Assembly (NCBI GenBank): GCA_044440125.1
Contig: JBITAJ010000027.1
Span: 64,001-128,000 of the forward strand
Source of the DNA: Sedimentisphaeraceae bacterium JB056
GTDB taxonomy: Bacteria > Planctomycetota > Phycisphaerae > Sedimentisphaerales > Sedimentisphaeraceae
Direction: 5' to 3'
Length of the DNA stretch: 64,000 nucleotides
Part shown: positions 1 to 10,334 of the stretch, piece after piece
How positions within the stretch are numbered: position 1 is the stretch's first letter
How the letters are laid out: the number at the start of each line of letters is the position of its first letter
The notes under the pieces: model-generated
Database searches by the model: none
Told to the model about the DNA's origin: nothing
The model's input: the letters and a program-made list of their open reading frames with translations, nothing else
Translations under genes and position numbers: made by a program

Positions 1-1
1 G

Positions 2-304
2 GATGATGAGATCGAGCATGTAGTTAGCGAGGGTGATGGTCCGGTTAACGCTTTGGATAATGCCCTGCGTAAATCGCTGGAGAGATTCTATCCGACTATC
101 AAGACGATGCGGCTTGTGGATTACAAGGTGCGTGTTGTTGATGCCGGTGTAGGTACGGCGGCAAAGGTAAGGGTTATAATCGAATCTCGTGATAAGGATG
201 AGGTCTGGGGTACGGTTGGTGTATCCACAGACGTTATCGATGCCAGTTGGAAGGCGCTTAAGGACAGCGTCGAGTATAAGATACATAAGGATGGGATGAA
301 ATAA
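2..304 (+). CDS. cimA: C-terminal fragment (regulatory domain) of citramalate synthase / LeuA-family protein; runs off the window's left edge
   Basis: Open frame from base 2: [15 protein letters not shown]...LVDYKVRV...[12 protein letters not shown]...[20 protein letters not shown], typical of the CimA allosteric domain. Confidence 0.8.
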   Translation, partial: DDEIEHVVSEGDGPVNALDNALRKSLERFYPTIKTMRLVDYKVRVVDAGVGTAAKVRVIIESRDKDEVWGTVGVSTDVIDASWKALKDSVEYKIHKDGMK

Positions 305-328
305 CAGCTTGCTTAAGGGAGGCTTTTA

Positions 329-1783
329 ATGAAACGACGTGATTTTCTAAAACTGACAGCATTGACTTCCGGCGCATTTCTGACCGGTTGCGGACAGAGT
401 GTTTTTGATACCGAAAGCCCGGCTTTTGCGAATGGAAAGAAGCCTAATTTTCTGCTTCTGCTGACAGACGACCAGCGTTTCTCCGCGGTTTCGGCGTTGT
501 CTAATCCAAATGTGAAGACGCCTAATATGGACAGGCTTGTCAATAGCGGTGTCAATTTTACTCACGCTTTCAATCAGGGTTCATGGAGCGGGGCGGTTTG
601 CATTTGCAGTCGCGGTATGCTCAATTGCGGGCAATACCTTTATCATACCCAGGAGAATATAGAGACCGCACCATTGTGGGGTGAAACCCTGCAGAAATAC
701 GGTTACGACACATTCCTTACCGGCAAGTGGCACAATGGTGAAGCTGCGCTGAAACGAAGTTTTTCGACTATTGGTGATGTTGGTGAAGGTATGTATCCTT
801 CGACCGATATGGATGGTGACGCCTATTACAGAAGCTCACCGTCAGACAGTTGGAAACCTTACGATAAGACTCGTAAGGGCCATTGGCTCGAGCGCGGCGG
901 CAAGATAATACATTCAAGCGAGCTTTGGGCGGATAACGCGATTGACTACCTTCAAATGAGGCAGAACGAAAAAGCTGAAGATCCGTTCTTTATGTATGTT
1001 GGCTTCAACGCGCCTCATGATCCGCGGCAGAGTCCTAAGGAATTTGTCGATATGTATCCGCTTGATGAGATTGAGATACCGGAGAATTTTATGCCCGAGC
1101 ATCCATTTGATCAGGGGCAGAGGTATACCCTGCGTGATGAAATTCTGGCTCCATTCCCGCGAACGGAAGAAGCTGTCAAGATGCATCTGCAGGAATATTA
1201 TGCGATAATCAGCCATGCCGACCAGCAGATAGGACGCATTCTTGATGCACTTGAAGAAAGCGGCGAGGCGGAAAATACATATATAATATTCAGCTCCGAT
1301 CATGGGCTTGCGGTTGGCTGTCACGGCCTTATGGGTAAGCAGAACCAATACGATCATAGTATTCGTATGCCTCTGGTTATGTGCGGCCCCGACATAAAAC
1401 CCGGGAAAAAGATAGACGATATGGTTTATCTGCACAGCATGTTTGCCACAACCTGCGATCTTGCGGGTGTGCCGACACCTTCGTGTGTGGAATTCAAGTC
1501 GCTTTTACCATTGATGAATGGCTGCGGCTGCGGCGAGGAAGCCATCTTCGGCAGCTACAAGGATATGCAGCGGATGATAAGAACCGAGCGGTACAAACTG
1601 ATAATGTACCCGATCGCAAAGGAAACGCAGCTGTTCGATTTGAATAAAGATCCAGATGAGCTGAACAATCTTGCTTACAAAGATTCCTACAGGGATAAAG
1701 TGTACGAGCTGTTTGCTGATTTCCTTTACCTGCAGAATCAGGTTGGTGATGAGCTTGTGATAAAGAGTCCTTACTTCTCTTGA
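329..1783 (+). CDS. Tat-exported formylglycine-dependent (S1) sulfatase
   Basis: MKRRDFLK twin-Arg signal; PNFLLLLTDDQ; C-I-C-S-R; GKWH; PHDP; SDHG; GKQNQY; LFDL..DPDELNNL. Confidence 0.9.
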   Translation: MKRRDFLKLTALTSGAFLTGCGQSVFDTESPAFANGKKPNFLLLLTDDQRFSAVSALSNPNVKTPNMDRLVNSGVNFTHAFNQGSWSGAVCICSRGMLNCGQYLYHTQENIETAPLWGETLQKYGYDTFLTGKWHNGEAALKRSFSTIGDVGEGMYPSTDMDGDAYYRSSPSDSWKPYDKTRKGHWLERGGKIIHSSELWADNAIDYLQMRQNEKAEDPFFMYVGFNAPHDPRQSPKEFVDMYPLDEIEIPENFMPEHPFDQGQRYTLRDEILAPFPRTEEAVKMHLQEYYAIISHADQQIGRILDALEESGEAENTYIIFSSDHGLAVGCHGLMGKQNQYDHSIRMPLVMCGPDIKPGKKIDDMVYLHSMFATTCDLAGVPTPSCVEFKSLLPLMNGCGCGEEAIFGSYKDMQRMIRTERYKLIMYPIAKETQLFDLNKDPDELNNLAYKDSYRDKVYELFADFLYLQNQVGDELVIKSPYFS

Positions 1784-1795
1784 TATAGAGTCGTA

Positions 1796-2770
1796 TCATG
1801 GATTGATAAGCTTTATCATCAAAGTCATGATTGTTAGCTGGAAGGCGAACAGTACGACTATAGCGATGATTGCCTTTGGTCCTTCCTTGAGCAGGTCGCT
1901 GAAGCGTATCTTCATTCCTACGCCTGCCATTGCTATCATCAGTAGGTATTTCGCGGCGATCTTGAAGAAATGAAGGAAATCGGTTTTCTCGTGAAAGACA
2001 GTAGCTATTATGCTGCAAATCGCGAAACCTATTATGTAGTAGGGCAGGAATCCTTTTTTTGCGGTTTGTGATTCGCCTTTGTTCCTTAGCATCAGTGATA
2101 GTATTATCACTATCGGGCCTATCATAAGCACTCTAAGCATCTTTATTATAGTCGCGGTGTCTCCTACCGAGTCGTTTATTGAGAAGCCTGCCGCGACAAC
2201 ATGACCAATCGCTTGAAGTGTGCCTCCGACAAGGTAAGAGCTTTCTATGTCAGTCATTGACAGCGTGGCGGCAAGAGGCGGAAGCAGAAATATACCAACG
2301 GCTCCCATCAGGTTAACTACGCTGATAGAAATTCCGATTTCATCTTCATGTGCTTCAAGTACCGGAGCGGCGGCAGCTATGGCTGATGAGCCGCAGACAG
2401 CACTGCCTATACCTATCAGGCAGCCGAAACGAGTTGAGAAGCCAAGGAGTTTTGAGATTGAGATACCCAGCAGTATTGTCACAAGCATCACCGGCAGTAC
2501 GATAACAAAAGCTTTTATACCGAGATTGCCTAAGGTACTTAGCTGGAGGTTGAACCCCATGAGTATGATAGCGGATTCGAGAATCTTTTTCTCGCTGAAT
2601 TTCACGCCCGGTGCTGTATATTCGCTGCGGGGGAGTATATTGCCAATGATCAGGCCAAGTATAATCGCCAGCGATACACTGCCAAGCGAAGGCAGGTATT
2701 GGCTTGCGAATTTAGCAACCAGTGCTATGAGTAAGCACAGTAAAACTCCTGGTAATATTTTTTTCAGCAT
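1796..2770 (-). CDS. YeiH/UPF0324 family membrane protein (putative sulfate exporter)
   Basis: About 10 hydrophobic segments; GSAVCGSSAIAAAAP and ATIIKMLRVLM signatures. Confidence 0.85.
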   Translation of the reverse strand: MLKKILPGVLLCLLIALVAKFASQYLPSLGSVSLAIILGLIIGNILPRSEYTAPGVKFSEKKILESAIILMGFNLQLSTLGNLGIKAFVIVLPVMLVTILLGISISKLLGFSTRFGCLIGIGSAVCGSSAIAAAAPVLEAHEDEIGISISVVNLMGAVGIFLLPPLAATLSMTDIESSYLVGGTLQAIGHVVAAGFSINDSVGDTATIIKMLRVLMIGPIVIILSLMLRNKGESQTAKKGFLPYYIIGFAICSIIATVFHEKTDFLHFFKIAAKYLLMIAMAGVGMKIRFSDLLKEGPKAIIAIVVLFAFQLTIMTLMIKLINP

Positions 2771-2805
2771 CCTTATAATACTTCTGAATCCTGCAGTTGT
2801 TCATG

Positions 2806-2841
2806 AAAAAAGACCGATAAGTTTCAATCTTACCGGTCTTT
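2806..2841 (-). terminator. Intrinsic terminator after the nucleotidyltransferase gene
   Basis: Minus strand: aaagaccggtaag / cttatcggtcttt stem followed by a U tract. Confidence 0.65.
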
Positions 2842-2853
2842 GAGTTATCTACT

Positions 2854-3756
2854 TTACCAAAGTTTTTCAGGATAGAGGCCATCGGCTATCAGTTTGGCAA
2901 TGCTCTGCTGAACTGCTTCCTTGTCCTCTTTGTAGGTTACGCCGAACCAGTGTGATTCTGTCGGCAAAACCTTTACTGTTGCCTTGCCTTCATTTATCAG
3001 GCGGTCTACAACGAATGGAATATAGAATTCAGACTTCAGTTCTTTACCTTTTTCATTAAGGAATTCGGCGAACTGTTCTTTAATGTGTTCGAAAATGTCC
3101 GGTCCAAAACCCCAGAAGTTCATGGATGCTATATCATCGGCATTCATAGGCTTCTTTGTCTCATCATCATTGATGTTATAAATTTTGCTGCCGTCTTTGA
3201 CTATCTTTGTATGCTCAACGACTTTTTGAAGCAGGTTCTGCTCGTCAGCCTGGCATATTCCCCTTGAGACGCTGCCGTGTTCGGAAAGAGTATTGGCAAG
3301 CTTGAAGCCCACCATGGAATATTCCCCGGCCTTGAGGTTGGGATTGCTTAGGAAATCTGCCATTGTCGTAAAAGAATTACGACTGTAGAAATCATCGGCG
3401 TTGATAGCGGCGAAAGGTTCGTTGACAATTTCGCCGGCTACAAGTATTGCGTGTGCCGTACCCCATGGTTTTTCACGCTGAGGTGGAAGCTTGTAATCAC
3501 CCAGACATTTTTCAAGTTCCTGACAGGCGTAGGCAACTTCAATCTTGCCTTTGACCTTGGAACCAATTTTTTCGTCAAACAGATCCTTGAATTGTTCGCG
3601 TACTACAAATACGATCTTGCCGAAGCCGGCCTTAATCGCATCGTACATTGAATACTCAATGATCGCTTCGCCGCCTGGACCCACCGGATCAATCTGTTTT
3701 AATCCGCCATAACGTGACCCCATTCCTGCGGCCATTACTAAGAGAGTTGGTTTCAT
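2854..3756 (-). CDS. Sugar-phosphate nucleotidyltransferase family protein
   Basis: LLVMAAGMGSRYGGLKQ, REKPWGTAHA, INADDFY, WFGVTY motifs. Confidence 0.85.
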   Translation of the reverse strand: MKPTLLVMAAGMGSRYGGLKQIDPVGPGGEAIIEYSMYDAIKAGFGKIVFVVREQFKDLFDEKIGSKVKGKIEVAYACQELEKCLGDYKLPPQREKPWGTAHAILVAGEIVNEPFAAINADDFYSRNSFTTMADFLSNPNLKAGEYSMVGFKLANTLSEHGSVSRGICQADEQNLLQKVVEHTKIVKDGSKIYNINDDETKKPMNADDIASMNFWGFGPDIFEHIKEQFAEFLNEKGKELKSEFYIPFVVDRLINEGKATVKVLPTESHWFGVTYKEDKEAVQQSIAKLIADGLYPEKLW

Positions 3757-3818
3757 CTAATCATCACTCCAGAAAATAAACTGTAAAATCTCTTAAACCA
3801 AAATATCATTACTATAAC

Positions 3819-3853
3819 AAACGGCCAGAAGCAGTGCTTGCTTCGGGCCGTTT
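3819..3853 (-). terminator. Probable terminator hairpin downstream of clpC
   Basis: aaacggcc.gaagca / tgcttc.ggccgttt inverted repeat just past the clpC stop. Confidence 0.6.
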
Positions 3854-3863
3854 GATTATTCCA

Positions 3864-6377
3864 TTATTTTTTTTCGTTGTTTACCGGTTCAGGCAGCTTC
3901 TTGTCCTTAGCCTCGGACTTGCTGTCGGAACTGAACTTGAGCTCATTCTCATCTTTAACCGATACATCGATAGACTTGGCGTTCTTGAATTGACCGCGGA
4001 GTATTCCCTCAGAGAGCGGGTCTTCGATATATTTTTCAATCGCTCTTCTAAGCGGTCTTGCTCCGTACTCAGGGTTGTAGCCCTTATCAATGAGGAACTC
4101 TTCGGCATCGTCCTTGAAATTGAGAACTATATTCTTTTCGGCTATTCTCGCCTTGACCTTGTTAAGCTCTATCTCAACGATCATTTTGAGATTGTCGCGT
4201 GTAAGGCCGCGGAATACTATGTTGTCGTCAAGCCTGTTTATGAACTCAGGTCTGAAATGTTTCTCAATTTGCTTTTCAAGAAGCACGCTCATCTTTTCGA
4301 AGTTTGCCTCTTCGCCGCGTTTGCCGAAACCGAAACCTGTCTGGTTACGGATAAGGTCTGCACCGATATTACTTGTCATGATAAGTATGACGTTCCTGAA
4401 ATCGATCTTACGGCCGTAGCTGTCTGTCAGGCGGCCTTCCTCCATTATCTGGAGCAGCATATTCGCCACGTCAGGGTGAGCCTTTTCGATCTCATCAAGC
4501 AGAAGGACGGCGTAAGGGCGGCGTCTGATACGTTCTGTAAGTTGACCGCCTTCTTCATAACCAACGTATCCGGGAGGTGCACCAATAAGCTTGCTTACGT
4601 TGTGCTTCTCCATATACTCACTCATATCAATCTGAATCAGAGAGCTTTCATCACCGAACATGAACTCGGCGAGTGCACGTGCAAGGAGTGTCTTACCGAC
4701 ACCACTTGGCCCGATGAAGATGAAGCTTGCAATCGGCCTGTTAGGATCCTTGAGCCCTGAACGGCTTCGGCGTACTGCCTTGGAAACTGCCTGAATTGCA
4801 TCATCCTGTGAGACAACGCGTTTATGAAGTTCGGTTTCAAGCTCGAGCAGCCTTTGAGCCTCGGCTTTTTCAAGACGTGTCAGAGGCACACCGGTCATTT
4901 TGCTCACGACCTCGGCGATTATTTCCTCGTCAACCTCACCGGCGATTTTTTCCGCTTCTTCTTTCCAGTTTTCCTGGAGAGTCTTTTTCTCGTCGAGCAG
5001 CTTCTGAGCTTTATCTCTTAGAGCTGCCGCCTGCTCGTAATCGGCATTGCGAACAGCTTCGTCCTTATCTGTGTTGACCTGCTCTATTTGCTGGTCAATC
5101 TTTGAGAAGTCCGGCGGCGGGGTGAGGTTTTTGAGCCTCATTCTCGCACCAGCTTCATCTATTACGTCAATCGCCTTATCCGGCAGGCATCTGCCGGTTA
5201 TATATCTGATTGAAAGCTCAACCGCCTGAATGAGAGCCTCGTCAGTGAAATTGACCCTGTGGTGATCCTCATAACGTTCGCGAAGCCCCTTCAGTATTGC
5301 GATGGTATCCTCTTTCGAAGGAGGTTCAACCTGAATAGTCTGGAATCGTCTTTCAAGAGCAGCGTCTTTCTCGACATATTTCCTATACTCATCGAGAGTT
5401 GTTGCTCCAATACACTGCAGTTCGCCGCGGGCAAGGGCTGGTTTCAATACGTTTGAGGCATCAATCGCGCCTTCAGCACCGCCTGCACCTACGAGAGTGT
5501 GAAGCTCATCTATGAAAAGTACGACGTTCTTCTCACGCTTGACTTCATTTATCACGGCCTTGATACGCTCTTCGAACTGGCCTCGGTATTTTGTACCGGC
5601 AACCATCATAGCCAGGTCAAGTACAATCAGCCTTTTGTTATAGAGCAGTTGCGGCACTTGCTTGTTGATTATCTTTTGAGCCATGCCTTCAACTATGGCC
5701 GTCTTACCTACACCTGCATCACCGAGCAGAACGGGATTGTTCTTTGTACGGCGGCAAAGTATCTGTATCAGACGTTCGATCTCGTTATCTCTGCCGATAA
5801 CGGGATCAAGCTCGTTATTTTTTGCAAGAGCGGTGAGGTCGCGGCCGAAACTGTCAAGAGCCGGAGTTCTTGATTTTGAAGGTTTTGATGGGCGTCTTGT
5901 CTGCTGATCGGTACTAATGTCGTCCATTTCCTCATCAGCTCCTGAGCCGAGGAGGTTGAGTACTTCCTCTCGCACTGTTTCCAGCTTAAGTCCCAGATTC
6001 ATGAGCACCTGAGCGGCCTGACCTGATGTTTCGCGAAGAAGACCGAGCAGGAGGTGTTCGGTGCCGACGTAATTGTGATTCAAGGCCCGTGCCTCTTCAA
6101 TTGCGTACTCAATGACACGGCGTGCTCGAGGCGTCTGCGGGAGCTTGCCTACAGATACTACGTCAGGGCCGCTTTTGACCAGCTTCTCTATCTCAAGACG
6201 AAGCTTCATCGTGTCTATTCCGAGGTTTCTAAGTACGTTTGCTCCAACTCCGTTGCCTTCTTTCGCAAGACCAAGTAGGATGTGTTCAGTACCAAGATAC
6301 TCGTGGTTAAATCTCTGTGCTTCCTGATTAGCCAGCGCCATTACTTTCCTGGCGCGGTCTGTAAATCTTTCAAACAT
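3864..6377 (-). CDS. clpC: ATP-dependent Clp protease ATP-binding subunit ClpC
   Basis: [12 protein letters not shown] start, two Clp-N repeats, Walker A motifs GDAGVGKT and [11 protein letters not shown]-like coiled coil. Confidence 0.95.
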   Translation of the reverse strand: MFERFTDRARKVMALANQEAQRFNHEYLGTEHILLGLAKEGNGVGANVLRNLGIDTMKLRLEIEKLVKSGPDVVSVGKLPQTPRARRVIEYAIEEARALNHNYVGTEHLLLGLLRETSGQAAQVLMNLGLKLETVREEVLNLLGSGADEEMDDISTDQQTRRPSKPSKSRTPALDSFGRDLTALAKNNELDPVIGRDNEIERLIQILCRRTKNNPVLLGDAGVGKTAIVEGMAQKIINKQVPQLLYNKRLIVLDLAMMVAGTKYRGQFEERIKAVINEVKREKNVVLFIDELHTLVGAGGAEGAIDASNVLKPALARGELQCIGATTLDEYRKYVEKDAALERRFQTIQVEPPSKEDTIAILKGLRERYEDHHRVNFTDEALIQAVELSIRYITGRCLPDKAIDVIDEAGARMRLKNLTPPPDFSKIDQQIEQVNTDKDEAVRNADYEQAAALRDKAQKLLDEKKTLQENWKEEAEKIAGEVDEEIIAEVVSKMTGVPLTRLEKAEAQRLLELETELHKRVVSQDDAIQAVSKAVRRSRSGLKDPNRPIASFIFIGPSGVGKTLLARALAEFMFGDESSLIQIDMSEYMEKHNVSKLIGAPPGYVGYEEGGQLTERIRRRPYAVLLLDEIEKAHPDVANMLLQIMEEGRLTDSYGRKIDFRNVILIMTSNIGADLIRNQTGFGFGKRGEEANFEKMSVLLEKQIEKHFRPEFINRLDDNIVFRGLTRDNLKMIVEIELNKVKARIAEKNIVLNFKDDAEEFLIDKGYNPEYGARPLRRAIEKYIEDPLSEGILRGQFKNAKSIDVSVKDENELKFSSDSKSEAKDKKLPEPVNNEKK

Positions 6378-6603
6378 CTTCTCTACCTGTTAACTTAACA
6401 CTTATCCTGTTTATTTTATGAAACAAATCGAATTATAATTATACATACTTAAAATAAGATATCAATTATTTACTTCAATAACAGTCTAAACAGACATTAT
6501 ATATTTTGGGGGCCAGCTCAATGCGGATTCTTCTTTCAGCCAACTTGTTATTTGGTTCTCTTTACTCTTGTGTCTGCTTGCGCGTTTGTGTTTTTTTTGA
6601 GAT

Positions 6604-6631
6604 AGGCAGTAGGCATTTGGCATGAGGCATT
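6604..6631 (+). repeat. Heptamer array, AGGCAWT family (4 units)
   Basis: aggcagt aggcatt tggcatg aggcatt; same unit as the array at 11388-11472. Confidence 0.7.
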
Positions 6632-6683
6632 AGAATAGGAGCAAGACAAAAGGCAGCGATTAGAGGTGTGAAAAGGGGGAAAA

Positions 6684-6718
6684 CAATTGATAATTGATAA
6701 TGGGAAATTGAAAATTGG
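6684..6718 (+). repeat. Heptamer array, (C/T/A)AATTGA family (5 units)
   Basis: caattga taattga taatggg aaattga aaattgg; same family as 10335-10369. Confidence 0.7.
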
Positions 6719-7262
6719 GATTTTTTTATTTTTTGGTATTGGCGGGGTTTAAATGAGCGATTTTGTGCGAAAATGCAAGCAACTTGGACACTTGGTTTGT
6801 CTCCAATAGCAAGATAGTATAACTTTTTTTGACCTAAATTTGCTCCAAAGTGGTCTCAAATGCGCCCAAACGCGCGCTTTTTGTTCAATTTTTTAAAATT
6901 TTAATCAAAAATAGGGCGAAATTTGAAAAAGTCTCATGGAAAATGGAAAAAGCGGGAGTTTTGTGACACTATGTTGCTGTTTTCATAGCTTGGAGGCTGG
7001 GGTTGAGGTTTTAACCACGAACTCACGAAGATACATGAAAGAAAAGTTGTCAATTATCAGTATATGATATTACCATGAATATAATGAAGGGGGTGAGGTT
7101 TATTTTAACTGTAAGTTATAGGCGATTAGTGATAAATGATAATTTATTGTTTTTGCTTGATGTTTTATTTGCGAGGGATATTATTAACTTAGATGTCAGC
7201 AATTATAAGTTGACTGGATTTTTAATGAGGACGCTGTCGATGGATACAGAAAGAGGTGACAG

Positions 7263-8333
7263 ATGAGGGATAAGGCTATAACCGCGGAATATCGTGCGTG
7301 GCTTTCTGATATTAAGAGAAGAGTGAGAAGTGCTCAGATTAAGGCTGCAACAGCCGTCAATACCACATTGCTTGAGTTTTATTGGAGCTTGGGTGCGGAT
7401 ATTGTTGAAAAGCAGAAAGATGCGGTTTGGGGCAGCGGATTTCTTAAACAGTTTAGTAACGATTTAATAGCAGAATTTCCCGAGATAAAGGGTTTTTCTT
7501 ATAGAAATCTGAAATTAATTCGTCAGTGGTATCTCTTTTATTTTAAAGAAGATACAAAAGGGAAGCAAGTTGCTTCCCTTTTAGGAGAAAAGGTATTGTT
7601 CAAATTATTCTCTATTCCTTGGTGGCATAATGTCGTAATCATTCAAAAATGTGATACTGTGGCGCAAGCTCTGTTTTACGTACGGAAAACTATTGAAAAT
7701 AACTGGAGCCGCAGCGTGCTTATTCACCAAATAGAAAGTGGTTTATATAGCCGTGAGGGGAAGGCGATTACGAATTTTAAGGAGACTTTACCTGCTTTGC
7801 AGTCTGATCTTGCTCGTGAAATGATCAAAAATCCTTACAATTTTGATTTTCTTACAATGACTGACGACTATAGCGAACGAGAGCTTCAGAGGGGTTTGAT
7901 TGGTCATATATCAAAATTTTTGCTTGAGCTTGGGGCTGGGTTTGCCTATGTTGGTAAGCAGGTTGCTTTGCAGGTGGGCGAGAGGGACTTCTTTTTGGAT
8001 CTACTCTTTTATCATACTCGCCTGCATTGCTATATTGTCATTGAACTTAAAGTTGTGGAATTTGAACCGGAACATGCCGGTAAGCTTAATTTTTATATCA
8101 AAGCTGTTGATGAGCAGTTGCGTCAAGAAGCTGATAAGCCGACAATAGGTATTCTGCTTTGCAAAGGGAAAGATAAGGTTGTTGCAGAATATGCGTTGAG
8201 TGATATACACAAGCCGATGGGAGTATCGGAATATGATCTTACTAAATCCCTGCCCGATGAACTGAAATCAAACCTGCCTACAATTGAAGAGATTGAAGCA
8301 GAATTAATGCAAGGGGATGAATATGAAGAATGA
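7263..8333 (+). CDS. YhcG/DUF1016 family PD-(D/E)xK nuclease domain protein
   Basis: WGSGFLKQFSNDL..EFP..KGFSYRNL, KNPYNFDFL, FLLELGAGFAYVGKQ, DLLFYH..LHCYIVIELK, GKLNFY. Confidence 0.92.
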   Translation: MRDKAITAEYRAWLSDIKRRVRSAQIKAATAVNTTLLEFYWSLGADIVEKQKDAVWGSGFLKQFSNDLIAEFPEIKGFSYRNLKLIRQWYLFYFKEDTKGKQVASLLGEKVLFKLFSIPWWHNVVIIQKCDTVAQALFYVRKTIENNWSRSVLIHQIESGLYSREGKAITNFKETLPALQSDLAREMIKNPYNFDFLTMTDDYSERELQRGLIGHISKFLLELGAGFAYVGKQVALQVGERDFFLDLLFYHTRLHCYIVIELKVVEFEPEHAGKLNFYIKAVDEQLRQEADKPTIGILLCKGKDKVVAEYALSDIHKPMGVSEYDLTKSLPDELKSNLPTIEEIEAELMQGDEYEE

Positions 8334-8422
8334 AGCCGATGCAAATTCAAAGATTAACAAGTGTTTATTCCTGGTTTCAGCAATTTCTATGTTTGTTTAA
8401 TTTTGTCCAAGGGAAATAGTAA

Positions 8423-8905
8423 TTCATAACAAAAAAAGTCAGTAGTCTCAAATTCTCAGATAAAGATGATGTGTATGATGGATTAAATGCAATCTATACT
8501 TCAATAGAGCAATCTGATATTATTAGTAATGAAGGTATGGCTTATCTTGTAAAGCATATCTCTCAAATGGTTTACTGGAGATGCAAAACAGAATTGCCTA
8601 ATACATTGCTTACTTGTGTGAATCTCATACGAAAATATCCAGAGTTTTGTGTAGATGAAATTGAGCAGAAGCTACTTTCCGGATTGCAGCAGATAGCAAA
8701 TGAGACTCAAAAGGATTCAACAGAATATGCTACGGGAGAGAAAATCAATATTCGTAAGAAATCTGCCGGTTTGGCTTATGGTTTATGTAAACTTTACGAA
8801 GATAGAGGTGAAGATATTCCTTGTGAAATTGAAATATGGAAGAAAATTTGTAAATCTGAAAATGAATTTGCGGAAATAAGAAATGAATGGATTGAAAAGC
8901 GGGAA
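8423..8905 (+). pseudogene. Orphan 3' fragment of a larger AT-rich gene, now in frame with the downstream transposase
   Basis: Open frame starts after TAA 8420-8422 with no clear RBS/ATG; ends ...IWKKICKSENEFAEIRNEW and reads through a REP into the transposase. Confidence 0.5.
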
Positions 8906-8931
8906 AGGGACGACCGGCGGGTCGCCCGCAC
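8906..8931 (+). repeat. REP-like palindrome upstream of the transposase
   Basis: agggacgaccggcgggtcgcccgcac, a degenerate GTAGGGGCGACC..GGTCGCCCSTAC hairpin. Confidence 0.8.
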
Positions 8932-8953
8932 TGGGAGAAGAAAGGCTGGGATA

Positions 8954-9556
8954 ATGAATGAGAAATTGAATGTGCATCATCGGCGTTCTATACGTTTGAA
9001 GGGGTATGATTATTCGCAAGCAGGCGGGTATTTTGTTACGGTTTGTGTTGAGGGGAGGAAGTGCATATTTGGTGAAATTGCAGGCGGTAAGATGCGTATG
9101 AATGAAGCGGGTGAGATTGTTGCCGTCCAATGGCGGAGGACGAGCGATATTCGTGATGAGGTTGTTTTGGGTGAGTGGGTGGTTATGCCGAATCATTTTC
9201 ATGGGATTATTTTTATTCGAAGTGATGAGATGCGGGATAGGGGCGAGAGGCCGGATAGGGGCGACCGGCGGGTCGCCCGTACGGGGAGGGAAAGGGATGC
9301 CCATATGGGAGGGAGGCCGATGGGGCCGAAGGCGGGGTCGATTGGTGCGATTATGGCGGGGTTTAAGGCGGCAACAACCAAGCGGATAAATGTTTTGAGC
9401 CGTACGCCTTCAAAAAAGGTATGGCAACGTAATTATTATGAGCACATTATTCGCGATAATAGCGATTTAGACAGAATCAGGAAATATATTATTGATAATC
9501 CTCAGCGGTGGGAATTGGATAGAATCAATCCTTTTTTTGCAAATACAAACGGTTAG
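8954..9556 (+). mobile_element. REP-associated tyrosine transposase (RAYT, IS200-like Y1 HUH); true start probably ATG 8954 inside ORF 8471..9556
   Basis: HHRRSIRLKGYDYSQAGGYFVTVC, VMPNHFHGI (HUH), WQRNYYEHIIR, IRKYIIDNP. Confidence 0.9.
9255..9282 (+). repeat. REP-like palindrome inside the transposase coding sequence
   Basis: ataggggcgaccggcgggtcgcccgtac, in frame (RGDRRVART). Confidence 0.85.
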
Positions 9557-9634
9557 ATGAGTGTTTTTTGATAGATTTTGGTGTTTTAGATGTTATTATA
9601 TAGCCTTGAGTTAATTATATAGGGTTTTTTATAT

Positions 9635-10333
9635 ATGTCTGAAATCAAACGAAATCTTGAAGAAATCGAAGAGAAAATCGAAATTTGCTGCGGCAAGAGC
9701 GGTCGTAGTCGTAGCGATGTGCAGCTTGTTGCGGTTACTAAGGCGTCTGATATTGAGCAGATCAAGGAAGTTTACGATCTCGGCTATCGCGTATTCGGCG
9801 AAAATCGCTTGCCGCATTTTACCGAAGTATCGTCTGTTATGAGCGAATATGCCGGCGATGATCCTGTGCAGTGGGATATGATCGGACACATGCAGCGTAA
9901 CAAGGTGAAGAATTTCCTGCCATTATCTACGCGTATTCATTCGCTCGACTCTTTGCGGCTTGCACGTGAGGTTGAGAAGGTTGCCGCGGGGCTTGGTCGT
10001 AAGTTTGATTCATTTCTGCAAATAAACTGCTCCGGTGAGCAGCAGAAACATGGCATTGAACCGCCCGAAGCGGCTGAAATCGCCGAACAAATCGTGAAAG
10101 AATGTCCCTCAATCAACCTTGTCGGGGTTATGACGATGGCGGCGTTCACCGATGATGTATCACAGATAGCATCAAGTTTCAGGCTCGCGAAGACTACTTT
10201 CGATGGAATCAAGGCCAATGATTGGGCTGGCGAGGCGTTTAGCCGTCTGAGTATGGGCATGACAAACGATTATGAAATCGCCATCATGGAAGGCGCGACA
10301 GATATCAGGGTCGGCTCTGCGATATTTAAATGA
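9635..10333 (+). CDS. yggS: YggS/PLPBP pyridoxal phosphate homeostasis protein
   Basis: LVAVTK, FGENR, IGHMQRNKVK, LSMGMTNDYEIAIMEGATDIRVGSAIF. Confidence 0.93.
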   Translation: MSEIKRNLEEIEEKIEICCGKSGRSRSDVQLVAVTKASDIEQIKEVYDLGYRVFGENRLPHFTEVSSVMSEYAGDDPVQWDMIGHMQRNKVKNFLPLSTRIHSLDSLRLAREVEKVAAGLGRKFDSFLQINCSGEQQKHGIEPPEAAEIAEQIVKECPSINLVGVMTMAAFTDDVSQIASSFRLAKTTFDGIKANDWAGEAFSRLSMGMTNDYEIAIMEGATDIRVGSAIFK

Positions 10334-10334
10334 A

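Noticed and set aside
3834..6327. Long plus-strand ORFs opposite clpC (e.g. 3834..4760)
   Set aside because: Antisense shadows of a highly conserved gene; the same applies to most short overlapping ORFs in the track.
7075..7266. 63-aa ORF upstream of yhcG
   Set aside because: AT-rich with no recognisable motif; overlaps the likely promoter/RBS region of yhcG.
8471..9556. 361-aa ORF as a single genuine protein
   Set aside because: The RAYT signature starts at ATG 8954; the upstream part differs in composition and is joined through a REP hairpin, so it is treated as remnant plus transposase.
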